A stretch of 18,487 nucleotides of DNA from an uncultured Gemmatimonadales bacterium (GCA_963793305.1 CAWBZV010000001.1:1-18487), one strand, 5' to 3'. Positions 1 through 8,589 are shown, numbered from the stretch's first letter. Made by a program: numbers and translations. The notes: generated by a model not told the origin, from the letters alone.

Positions 1-177
1 GACTATACGACTCGCGTCGTCCGCAGTACTTCGCCCTGCCTGGATTTTCTGTGGTACCAGCAGGGTTTTGTATGCCCCCACGCTTGGTACCGCTGGAAGC
101 GATCACGGCCGGCTGCCGACAAAATCCGAATTGGCCGCTTCTGTAATCCGGATTGGAACGTTTGGGTACTCCAATGC

Positions 178-974
178 TCACGCTGCACTTGCGCCCAATC
201 GCGGTGCATGATCCATAGCATCGAACCACCCAGCGACGAGCGGCGCGAGGCTGAGCTCCTGCCGTACACCACGGCGCGTTCGGATCAGAATGCCACGTTG
301 CACCAGTCGTGTCACCGCCGCGTGGGCAGCGGCGTAGGAGACGCGGCTCGCCAGTGTAATGTCCCGGGCTATGACGCCGCGGCCGGAGGTCCCACGGACC
401 ATAGCCACTATATCCGCTTCGACCGAAGGCCCGAGGAGCGACCGGAATCGGAGCTCGGGTACGCGCCAGATCAGCCACTCGACCGGTCGGATGACGGACA
501 GTTTTAGTGTCATATCGTCGTGCCAGAAGCCCCACGCTTTGAACATCGGCAGCGCTTGCGCTTCGACCCGGCGACGGAGCGAAGGAAACTGATCCATGAT
601 ACGAAACAGAGGCTGGCCCGGATGTATAGGGCGGCAGCGGGCGATGGCCGCGTCGAGCTCCGGCGCGTGTCCGTTCGCGCCTTGGGTCGCGAGTGTGAGC
701 AGTGCCCCCAACACTGCTGACGCCTCGCGCGTGGATCGGGAACGAGTGCGCTCAGTCGCCGACCGTTCACGAACGCATGGTGGGTCGCCAACCAGGATAC
801 GGCGCAGATGAACACGCGCTCGTCGTCGCGAGTCAGACTGGCTGTTCGGCAAATCACCTCTTCGAGTTCGACCGGCTGGGTGGTCCGTTCAACAGCGAAG
901 AACACACCCAGACGCGCCCAATCGGCCGCCACGCGGTTCAGGAGAGCATTGGTGGTTGGCGCCATGGTGTTCAT
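178..974 (-). CDS. Uncharacterised ~265-aa protein with C-terminal winged helix-turn-helix; partner of the upstream nucleotidyltransferase (one apparent frameshift at ~738-740)
   Basis: ATG at 974 overlaps the NTase stop (ATGA, 971-974). The N-terminal part (MNTMAPTTNALLNRVAADWARLGVFF...GRRLSALVP) is in ORF 510..1037. The C-terminal part (RSTREASAVLGALL...ARDITLASRVSYAAAHAAVTRLVQRGILIRTRRG) is in ORF 178..852. Adding one base to the GGG run at 738-740 joins them. The C-terminal pattern resembles a wHTH. Confidence 0.75.
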
Positions 975-1543
975 GGATGCCGTCCCCGTTTCGGCGCTGT
1001 GCGTTTTTGTCTCTGCGAAAGGGTGCCACGGCCCCACTCATCAAGAAACTCGCGCATCTCAGCCGCGCGCTTAGGTTCGCTCCGAGCTACGCGCGCCAGT
1101 TGACGCCGCACGAATTCCATTTCCTGCTCGGTGGGATGCATCGCGACAATGTCCTCGATGTCTCGAGCACGGCGAGCGTACACCTTCATAGCCAGTACAT
1201 CCCGGCGATCGAGGACCCCGACCGTAAGCTGGCGGAATGGCGGAAGCCATCGAATCCGCTCTGTATAGTCTAATGGCAAGGCGTCCAGGTACGATCGGAT
1301 GCTCGTGTTGAGCCAACCCTGCGGCACGCCCGCCGCGTCCGCCGCACGACGCAGCAGTGGCTGGATGTCATTCAGCTCGGGCTCGGCGAGGATCACATCC
1401 CCATCCGCAGTCGGCCGGTTTAAGGCATCGACGAGAATGAGCGCGGCGCTGCCACCGAGCACAATGCGAACCGGATCAAGCGCCTGTGCGCCCAACTCGG
1501 TCAGGGCGGCCAAGATCTCGCGTTTACCCAGTTCCGCTGTCAT
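971..1543 (-). CDS. DUF6036 / AbiEii-like nucleotidyltransferase (190 aa)
   Basis: Motifs GGSAA, RPTADGD (R-x-T-x-D-x-D) and C-terminal MKVYARRARDIED are typical of DUF6036/AbiEii-type pol-beta superfamily NTases. Confidence 0.85.
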   Translation of the reverse strand: MTAELGKREILAALTELGAQALDPVRIVLGGSAALILVDALNRPTADGDVILAEPELNDIQPLLRRAADAAGVPQGWLNTSIRSYLDALPLDYTERIRWLPPFRQLTVGVLDRRDVLAMKVYARRARDIEDIVAMHPTEQEMEFVRRQLARVARSEPKRAAEMREFLDEWGRGTLSQRQKRTAPKRGRHP

Positions 1544-1555
1544 GTATAAAGTTTA
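1544..1555 (-). promoter_or_regulatory. Putative -10 element of a leaderless promoter for the NTase operon
   Basis: Minus strand reads TAAACT-ttatac-ATG, with no Shine-Dalgarno. Confidence 0.6.
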
Positions 1556-1651
1556 ACCGATAACGCGACTCACGGAAGGGCATTCAGCTTATCCATTGAG
1601 CCGACATGCCTGAAGCTGTCCCGGCCGGCCAACTCCCCGTCTTGCGCCCTA

Positions 1652-2608
1652 TCAGCGCAGAATGTGGAGGCGCTGGGATGCCTTGAGGTGAATGGTCTTC
1701 CCCAGGACCGCGCCCGGCGGCACGCGCGCCGGCGCGAGCGACGGCGAGAGAATGCGGAGCGTGTACGCCCCGGCCCCACCGTAGGTCGTCGAGCCGACGG
1801 CGAGCGTGTACGTTCCGCCCGAATCGGACCCCAAGGAGGCATAGGCGTTGTTCCCAAAGTCGGCGATGCCGGTGCTGTTCACATCCCACATCGAGTCAAA
1901 GTTCGGCCCACCGATTTCCCATCCCGGCGTGAACGCCGAGGACTGCACGTTGAAGTACCGGATCTGCCGCGGATTGAACTGCACCAGATAGTAGTTCACG
2001 AACGTGCTGTCGCCGCCGGAGCCAAAGTACGTGTACTGCTGCTTGCACCCGGTGGTGGCGATCGACGACGTGCTGTCGACGTAGTCGGTATCGGCCGGCG
2101 CGACCGTGGCGACCACCGGACAGGTCACGACCTGCATCGTGAAGGCCATGTTCTTCACCGCCGTGTCCTCGTCCATCGCCCGCAACGCATAGGTGCCGCT
2201 CGTCGGCGCATAGAACCAGAGGACATTGTTGCCGGCGTTGTTGCCGAACGCATTGCCCCACGACGCGGCGAGGACGCCCTCGGTGTCCGCGGCTGTCAGT
2301 CCGACCAACGTGTTCTCCAAGGGCCCCTCTGTCGCCGACGCGGTCCCGGTGACCGAGTAGATCTTCCCGGCAGTCACCGCCAGGTTGTATGACGCCGCGT
2401 ACACGGCTTCGCCCACAAAGTCGTCCCACAGCTCGCAATCGCCGGTGGTCGAAATGGCGCCCGACACGGTGGCGCCATTGGCGCTGATGGTGCCCTGCGT
2501 GCAGCTCGGCCCATCGGGCGCCGCGGGGCCGATGCTGTCAAAGCTGCATGCCGCGACCCCCACAAGGATGCTCGCCGCACAACAGTATTTGCCAAACAGG
2601 GAAGTCAT
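1652..2608 (-). CDS. Lipoprotein with two tandem PPC-like beta-sandwich domains (start 2608 ATG; alternative GTG 2629)
   Basis: Signal peptide with lipobox VAA-C. Two related units (GAISTTGDC...ASYNLAVTAGKIY...SGTYAL and SSIATTGC...NYYLVQFNPRQI...GGTYTLAVGST...GAYTL) resemble pre-peptidase C-terminal domains. Confidence 0.7.
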   Translation of the reverse strand: MTSLFGKYCCAASILVGVAACSFDSIGPAAPDGPSCTQGTISANGATVSGAISTTGDCELWDDFVGEAVYAASYNLAVTAGKIYSVTGTASATEGPLENTLVGLTAADTEGVLAASWGNAFGNNAGNNVLWFYAPTSGTYALRAMDEDTAVKNMAFTMQVVTCPVVATVAPADTDYVDSTSSIATTGCKQQYTYFGSGGDSTFVNYYLVQFNPRQIRYFNVQSSAFTPGWEIGGPNFDSMWDVNSTGIADFGNNAYASLGSDSGGTYTLAVGSTTYGGAGAYTLRILSPSLAPARVPPGAVLGKTIHLKASQRLHILR

Positions 2609-2647
2609 CTGGAAAGGACGACCGCTCACACTCCGGGGCCACTCGAG

Positions 2648-2670
2648 ATGACCCGTTTCATGACCCGTTT
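2648..2670. repeat. Perfect 11-bp direct repeat ATGACCCGTTT x2 (12-bp period) in intergenic DNA
   Basis: atgacccgttt-c-atgacccgttt at 2648-2658 and 2660-2670, read directly from the sequence. Confidence 0.9.
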
Positions 2671-2676
2671 GGAGTC

Positions 2677-4769
2677 CTACGGTATGCGTCGCACCTCGAT
2701 GTCGCCGTTGACCGCCCGCACCTGAATGACCAGGCCGCCATTGCCGACCGACTGGCGTACGCGAACGTATTTGCGAGGGGTGCCCTGCGCGTCATCCCAG
2801 TGATCCGTCTCCGTTGTCGAGAGCGACCAGTCGCTATCGATGCGCGTGCGACGACCGAAGTTCTCCGTGTACGCGGTCTCGAGATCGAGTTGCGCGGAGA
2901 CACCCGCGGGAAGAAGTAGGACGACGCGGCCTGATCCAGTTGTCACCATGGTCGGTTCTGCCCCGGACGGCCGCAGCGTCACGGTGACGTTGCCGGAGCC
3001 GGTCGTCGCGTCTACGGCGCCATCGACCGGCCCGATCTGAATGTCACCGCCGCCCGTCGATGCATACACGAGCCCATTGGCGGGACCGACGTGGATCTCG
3101 CCGCCGCCCGTGATGAGGCGAGCGCCGTGCGGGGCGGTGGGGAGGTCGATTTTCCCTCCGGCCTGGTCGATCCGAATGAGGGAACTGACCCCCATGCGTT
3201 GCGGAACGATCTCGTCGCCGCTGCCCGTATGCCCAACCAGCGGGCCGGTCACGCGTTCCATATCCACTGACCCACCGCCAGTCCCGACGAAACCCGAGAG
3301 ATGGGAATCGGACACATGCACGCGTCCGCCCCCGGTCGTGAGATCAGCATGTCCGTCAGCATGCTGGATGTCGATCGTCCCACCGCCCGTATGTCCGGTC
3401 AACGTACCGCTGACGCCCTCGATCGAGAGATCGCCTCCCGCGGACGCCACCCGCACGTTGAACTGCCGCGGTACCTGGATGTCGAACGTATGCGAGAACG
3501 ACGTCACGCCCCCATGCTGTCGGCTCTCGCTGATCAGTCGCGCGCCGCCGCCAGCGGCAGGCTCCAGACGTACCTCTGTCGCAGCTCCGCTGAGTGCGCC
3601 ATGCACGTGAACGGTCGGCTTATCCCAAGCGGTGATGCGTACACCGCCCCCCGTCTCCAAGTCCAACGCCAATGTCCCGCCTTGCGATGCGGGAACCTCC
3701 ATGTCGACGACCGAGTCGGCGCGAGTCGGGGCGACCGGTTGCTCGGCGATCCGCCGCAGCGGACGGAATGCCGAGAGGGTGAGCAGCATCGCGATGGCGC
3801 AACCGGCGCCGACCACTCGCGCGGGCCGTGACACGGTGACGCGCCGGCCCGTTCGGTTCAAGACGCCGAGGAGTCGCCCTTCGAGCTCTGATGGACGGGC
3901 CATGGCAGTCGACAGCCAGCCGCTCGCGCCAAGCCGAGTCGCCGAGCGGGCGATGTCGAGCAAGTGAGCGGCGTAGTCCGGCGCCGGGGTACCCAGGGAG
4001 AGCACGCGATCGCCGCAGGCGCGCTCGCTCTCCGCGCGCAAGCGGCGGGCGGCGGCCCACGCCAGGGGTGAAACCAGTAGCATACGCACGCCAACCGGGC
4101 GATGAACTGCGCCAGTGAGTCTCGGCGCGCGACGTGAGCCAGCTCGTGACGCAGCACCACGCGCCAGCGATCGTCGGACCACGTCGATGCCGTCTCGGGC
4201 ACGAGGATGATCGGTACACGCGTGCCCCACGTCAGCGGCGTGCTCACCGCGGCGCTCGACTGGAGCGATATGGGCGCACGGATTCCCGCACGCGCGCATT
4301 CCTCGGTGAGCATCGCCCGCCAACGCGGCGACCGCACTGGCTCCGACCGATGCGCGAGGCGTCGCAAACCAGCACGTCCGACCACCAACCAGCACAAACC
4401 TATCAGCGTGCCGACGAGCCAAAGCGCAATGGTCGTGCTCTCCGCCGTCGGCCGAACGTTGGGGCGCGTCGGCGCCAGCGATGGCCGCTCGGGGTCGTCG
4501 ATGGAGACGGCGACCGTGGGAGGAAGAACGCGCGTCGCGGTCACCTGTGTCGGTGCGGCGTCGAGCGCGGGAAGCAGGTGCACCGACCACGCCGGCGTGG
4601 CGAGCATCGCAACCGGTAGCACCAGTATGCTCGCCAGCGTCGCGTATCGGACCGCGTGGCGTTGCGCCGGCAAGGCGCGTCGCAACGCGAGCGCGGCGAT
4701 TTCTCCAGCGAGCAATACCAGAGTCGCCTTGAGGATCACCAGCCCAGCAAACTGCACGGCGGCGTTCAT
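2677..4769 (-). CDS. M56 family (BlaR1/MecR1-type) membrane metalloprotease fused to a C-terminal DUF4097-like beta-strand repeat domain (one apparent frameshift at 4065-4068)
   Basis: ORF 3858..4769 has TM segments, PLTWG, HELAH and YWFHP. ORF 2677..4782 continues with LAWAAARRLRAESERACGDRVL...YAAHLLDIA...LEGRL, then a TM and repeated (T/S)GGG units. Adding one C to the CCCC run gives the canonical WFHPLAW. ATG overlaps the blaI-like stop (ATGA 4766-4769). Confidence 0.88.
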
Positions 4770-5155
4770 GATGCGCCTCCATTGGTGCGTGCCCGTTGGA
4801 TCAATGCTTCCAAGCGGTCGAGATCGGCGCGGTTGAGTTGCTTCTCGTACATGCCCAGCATGGCGGCGACGGCCGAGGTCGCCGAGTTGTCGAAGAACAC
4901 ACGGACGAGATGTTGGGCCGCCGACCGGCGGACCCGCTCGCGGTTGACCGTGACCATGTACACGTAACGCGGTCCGTCCTCCTCATGACGGACATGCCCC
5001 TTGTCCTCCAATAGACGCAGCATCCCTCTCACCGCCGAGTAGCTCGGCGGATCGGGGAGATCGCCTTTGACCTCGGCGACCGTCGCGCGGCCCCGGTGGT
5101 AGAGGATATCCATAATCTGCCGCTCGCGATGGCCGAATTTTTCTGGTGTGGGCAT
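4766..5155 (-). CDS. BlaI/MecI/CopY family transcriptional repressor (129 aa)
   Basis: RERQIMDILY...ATVAEV...SYSAVRGMLRLLEDKGHV...GPRYVY...VFFDNS is the classic family pattern, and the gene is coupled to an M56 gene. Confidence 0.93.
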   Translation of the reverse strand: MPTPEKFGHRERQIMDILYHRGRATVAEVKGDLPDPPSYSAVRGMLRLLEDKGHVRHEEDGPRYVYMVTVNRERVRRSAAQHLVRVFFDNSATSAVAAMLGMYEKQLNRADLDRLEALIQRARTNGGAS

Positions 5156-5200
5156 ACGGACAGTATGCTAATGCACTGGCAGTATGTCAATACACTAGCA
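5156..5200 (-). promoter_or_regulatory. Sigma70-type promoter of the blaI-like operon, overlapped by two imperfect 16-bp palindromes (putative autorepression operators)
   Basis: Minus strand: TTGACA (5190-5185), 17 bp, CATACT (5167-5162), 6 nt, ATG. Palindrome-like sites TGCTAATGCACTGGCA (5166-5181) and TGTCAATACACTAGCA (5185-5200). Confidence 0.8.
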
Positions 5201-5284
5201 TTAAGGCTTACGCGTCTGGTACCGGCCCGGCGCGCGACGCGCGTCGACCCGCTCACCTGCATTCGAGCGGAGTAGCCGTGGCAT

Positions 5285-5296
5285 TATAATGTAGCC
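5285..5296 (+). promoter_or_regulatory. Consensus -10 (TATAAT) of a putative leaderless promoter
   Basis: TATAAT (5285-5290), gtagcc, ATG (5297); no SD and no clear -35. Confidence 0.7.
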
Positions 5297-6661
5297 ATGC
5301 TAAAGCCAAACCCATACGCGGCGCTGTTGTCGCAGGCGTCGTGTCTTGCGCAATCATATCTCGATGGGATCCGCGAGCGCTTTGCCGGTGTCAGCGACGC
5401 GGCCCGGATCGGCATGCGCCGCCTGGGCGGAGAGCTGACGGAGGTGGGCGAGGATCCGCACGAGGTCCTGCGTCTCCTCCACGAAGCGGGATCCCCGGCG
5501 ACCACGGCAAGTATGGGCGGGCGCTACTTCGGCGGTGTCGTCGGAGGGTCTCTGCCCGTCGCCGTCGCCGCACACTGGCTCGCGGGCGCGTGGGATCAGA
5601 ATGCCTGTCTCTTCGAGATCTCGCCGGTCTCGGCGTACCTCGAGGACATCGTGCTCCCGTGGATCGCGAAGCTCTTCGGGCTGCCCCCGAGTTGCGGCGG
5701 AGCGCTCACCACCGGGACGCAGATGGCCGACGTCACCGCCTTGGCCGCGGCGCGACACGTGCTGTTGGCCGGTTGCGGCTGGGATGTCGAGCGGGATGGG
5801 CTCTTCGGGGCCCCACCGATCTCGGTCGTGGTTGGAGAGGAAGTCCACGCGACCATGTACAAGGCACTGGCGTTGCTCGGCTTCGGGCGGGGTCGCGTGA
5901 TCACGGTTCCTGCGGACAGCCAAGGCCGCATGCAACCGTCGGCCATTCCCACCCTGCGCGGTCCGGCGATCATCTGCGCGCAGGCCGGAAACGTGAACAC
6001 CGGTGCGTGCGACCGTCTCGCCGATATCTGCGATGTCGCGCAAGAAAACGGCGCGTGGGTGCACGTTGACGGCGCGTTCGGGCTGTGGGCCGCCGTATCG
6101 CCCCGACATCGGCATCTGGTCGAAGGATTGGATCGCGCGCACTCATGGGCGACCGACGCGCACAAGTGGCTCAACACTCCCCACGACTGCGGGATCGCGT
6201 TCGTGCGAGATCGCGCCGCTCTCGCTCGCGCGATGGCGATTTCAGGGACCTACTATCCTGATACCGCCGAGCGCGATCCCATGCGATGGGGGCCAGAGTC
6301 GTCGCGGCGTGCCCGGGGCGTCGAGCTCTGGGCAGCGCTGCGCACCCTGGGTACCGCGGGACTCGCGGAGCAGATCGATCGGACGTGTCGTCATGCGACT
6401 CGCTTCGCGCAAGGACTCCGCGCGGCCGGATACGCGGTCTTGAACGACGTGCAGCTCAACCAGGTCCTGGTGTCCTTCGGATCGGATGCCGTGACCGACC
6501 AGGTCATCGCGAAGGTTCAATCGCTCGGTGTGTGCTGGTGCGGAGGAACGGTCTGGAAAGGACGAAAGGCCATGCGCATCAGCGTCTCGTCCTGGGCAAC
6601 CACGGAAGAGGATGTGGATCGCAGTTTGACATCAATCATATCGGCCGCCCCCATTTCATGA
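5297..6661 (+). CDS. Group II pyridoxal-phosphate-dependent decarboxylase (aromatic amino acid/glutamate decarboxylase-like, 454 aa)
   Basis: HVDGAFG, DAHKWLNTP (PLP lysine), AGNVNTGACD, RYFGGVVGG and C-terminal MRISVSSW motifs. Confidence 0.92.
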   Translation: MLKPNPYAALLSQASCLAQSYLDGIRERFAGVSDAARIGMRRLGGELTEVGEDPHEVLRLLHEAGSPATTASMGGRYFGGVVGGSLPVAVAAHWLAGAWDQNACLFEISPVSAYLEDIVLPWIAKLFGLPPSCGGALTTGTQMADVTALAAARHVLLAGCGWDVERDGLFGAPPISVVVGEEVHATMYKALALLGFGRGRVITVPADSQGRMQPSAIPTLRGPAIICAQAGNVNTGACDRLADICDVAQENGAWVHVDGAFGLWAAVSPRHRHLVEGLDRAHSWATDAHKWLNTPHDCGIAFVRDRAALARAMAISGTYYPDTAERDPMRWGPESSRRARGVELWAALRTLGTAGLAEQIDRTCRHATRFAQGLRAAGYAVLNDVQLNQVLVSFGSDAVTDQVIAKVQSLGVCWCGGTVWKGRKAMRISVSSWATTEEDVDRSLTSIISAAPIS

Positions 6662-7524
6662 TCATCCCACTCGCCCTGGCCTTCGCCGCTCTCGCGGCCG
6701 TGTCACCCGACACCGAGCCCGCCGTCTTCACCACGCCGCTCGAGCCGTTCAAGATCTCGGGCAATCTCTACTACGTCGGATCGCGGGACCTCGCCGCCTA
6801 TCTGGTCGTCACCCCCGACGGCAATATCCTGATCAACGCCAATCTCGTGTCGTCCCCCGCACAGATTCGCCAGAGCATCGAGCAGCTCGGCTTTCGCTGG
6901 GCCGATACGAAGATCCTCCTCAACAGCCAGGCCCACTACGATCACACCGCGGGCGCGGCCGAGGTGCTGAGCGAGACCCATGCCCGATACATGGTCATGG
7001 ACGGCGATGTCGAGGTTATCACGACCGGCGGCGCGACCGACTTCAATGCCAGGCTCCCGCACTTTCCACCCGCGCACGTGGATCGCACCCTGCACGATAA
7101 CGACGCGGTGACGCTCGGCGGAACGACACTCATCGCCCACAAGACCGCCGGACATACCCGCGGTTGCACCACGTGGACTATGCAGACGCATGACGGAGGC
7201 CGCACGCTCAACGTCGTGATCGTCGGCGGCTGGTCATCGAATCCCGGCGTAGCGCTCGTCCCCAGCCATGGCAAACCCGCGGCCTATCCAGGCATCACGA
7301 CGGACTTCGATCGAGCCTTCGCGACCCTCAAGGCGTTGCGCTGCGACATCTTCCTCGGCGCGCACGGCGTGTACTTCGACCTGCTCGCCAAGCACGATCG
7401 CATGGCCACCGTCGGACCGTCCGTCTGGATCGATCCGGATGGGTACGCCAAGGCCGTGGCCGATCACGAAGCCGACTATCGGCAAGAGCTCGCGCGTCAG
7501 CAAAACCCAACGCTCGGTAACTAG
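6658..7524 (+). CDS. Subclass B3 metallo-beta-lactamase-like protein, Gln variant (QAHYDH), with signal peptide (288 aa)
   Basis: The likely start at 6658 overlaps the decarboxylase stop (ATGA). Motifs PFKISGNLYYVG, NSQAHYDH, GHTRGCTTW and CDIFLGAH; hydrophobic N-terminus MIIPLALAFAALAA. Confidence 0.88.
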   Translation: MIIPLALAFAALAAVSPDTEPAVFTTPLEPFKISGNLYYVGSRDLAAYLVVTPDGNILINANLVSSPAQIRQSIEQLGFRWADTKILLNSQAHYDHTAGAAEVLSETHARYMVMDGDVEVITTGGATDFNARLPHFPPAHVDRTLHDNDAVTLGGTTLIAHKTAGHTRGCTTWTMQTHDGGRTLNVVIVGGWSSNPGVALVPSHGKPAAYPGITTDFDRAFATLKALRCDIFLGAHGVYFDLLAKHDRMATVGPSVWIDPDGYAKAVADHEADYRQELARQQNPTLGN

Positions 7525-8456
7525 CAGCGCGCCCGCCACAGGCGCACTGCTTCCTGGCCGAGAATGTCCGGAAATTCCTCCGGCCAAAAGAGCTTGGCCC
7601 CCGCCACACGGTGCACGCCGCGCGAGCGCGGAAAAGTTCTATCGAGGTAGTCCGCGTCCGCCGGAGAGAAAATGGTATCGGCCATGCCCCACACGATCCT
7701 GAGTGGCACATCGCTGCGTGGCAACCCGGCCAACGGATTGGGCGTCAAGCCGAGAGCGTATGCGTGCAGGAGTGCTTTCCGGCTGGGCGAGCTCACGAGT
7801 GGCCACAGGTAGCAGTCGATTGCCTCGTCTGTCGGGTGCGAGGAGTCGGCGTAGCACTGGCCGCCGAGGCCCTGCGCCGAGCGGGCGAGCTGCTTGTCGG
7901 CGAGCCATGGCACGAGCCAACGATCCGCGAAGGTGCCCTCGCGGGCCATTGCGATGACGGGAAGCACTGCGGCAGGCGGGCTGTCGGGCTCCACATCGCA
8001 ATTGGTGAGGAGCAGCGTGCGGACCCGATCCGGATACCGGGTCACGAAGAGTTGCGCGATGGCGCCGCCGCTGTCGTTCGCCACGAGGTCGACGCGCCGA
8101 ATGGACAGGGCATCGAGGAACGCGGCCAGCATCGAGACCTGAGCCGGTGGCGTGACGCTCTGGCCCGGGGCGACGACCGTGTAGCCCAGGCCCATGAAGT
8201 CGGGCGCCACGCATCGACGGTAGGCCGAGAGCCGGTCGAGCGCGCCCCGCCACTGGAAGCCGTTGAGTGGGAAGCCGTGCAAGAAGAGCGCGACGTCACC
8301 GGCTCCGCGCTCGACGTAGGCGATGCGTCCGAACGAGGTCTCAGCGAAACGTCGCGATGCGTGGAAGGTCGCGGCGGTCATGGGTCGCGGGAGGCGTGAC
8401 AGGCAGGCCGTCACCACCGTCGTCGCCGCGGTCTCCAGAAATGTTCGTCGATTCAT
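7521..8456 (-). CDS. Alpha/beta fold hydrolase (epoxide hydrolase/haloalkane dehalogenase-like) with a possible Tat signal
   Basis: LHGFP oxyanion motif, APDFMGLG, nucleophile elbow ANDSGG, VWGMAD. N-terminal MNRRTFL twin-arginine-like motif. Alternative start at 8381. Its stop overlaps the convergent MBL stop in CTAG (7521-7524). Confidence 0.87.
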   Translation of the reverse strand: MNRRTFLETAATTVVTACLSRLPRPMTAATFHASRRFAETSFGRIAYVERGAGDVALFLHGFPLNGFQWRGALDRLSAYRRCVAPDFMGLGYTVVAPGQSVTPPAQVSMLAAFLDALSIRRVDLVANDSGGAIAQLFVTRYPDRVRTLLLTNCDVEPDSPPAAVLPVIAMAREGTFADRWLVPWLADKQLARSAQGLGGQCYADSSHPTDEAIDCYLWPLVSSPSRKALLHAYALGLTPNPLAGLPRSDVPLRIVWGMADTIFSPADADYLDRTFPRSRGVHRVAGAKLFWPEEFPDILGQEAVRLWRARC

Positions 8457-8589
8457 GAGTGAGGTCGGTGGCGAGTGCCGGAGGGGGAGCCGTGCCATAG
8501 TAGATCGCCCGCGTAATCGCCCGGATGACGGCGAGGATGGCGATGAGCCCGAGTACCAGCAGGGCCGCCCAGATGATCACGCGTTGCAT
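8453..8589 (-). CDS. Possible small single-pass membrane protein (end uncertain)
   Basis: MQRVIIWAALLVLGLIAILAVIRAITRAIYYG is a clear TM segment filling the gap between two co-oriented genes. As given, the ORF runs to 8341 and overlaps the hydrolase. One extra C in the CCCCC run would end it at an ATGA overlap at 8453-8456. Confidence 0.4.

Noticed and set aside
1..177. Coding region at the left edge (ORF 3..272, or plus-strand frames)
   Set aside because: No frame gives a recognisable protein; it cannot be resolved without flanking sequence.
2900..3460. Repeated CCGCC/CCCCC-rich units as a DNA repeat array or CRISPR
   Set aside because: They are codons for the TGGG protein repeats of the DUF4097-like domain; there is no conserved repeat-spacer structure.
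4060..4075. Programmed frameshifting or phase variation at the frame breaks
   Set aside because: The runs are only 2-4 nt and there are no slippery heptamers; sequencing error is the simpler explanation.
4069..4782. N-terminal part of the 701-aa ORF 2677..4782 as real protein
   Set aside because: Wrong frame upstream of the 4065-4068 frameshift; the M56 motifs are in ORF 3858..4769.
6286..6657. N-terminal extensions on track ORFs (6286, 10351, 11388, 13678, 13994, 14559, 15098, 15889)
   Set aside because: They overlap neighbouring genes. Downstream starts are supported by family N-termini, stop/start overlaps or -10 elements.
7521..7524. Intrinsic terminators at the convergent junctions (7521-7524, 11874-11882)
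   Set aside because: The stops overlap or are 9 bp apart, and no hairpin with a U-tract is visible.
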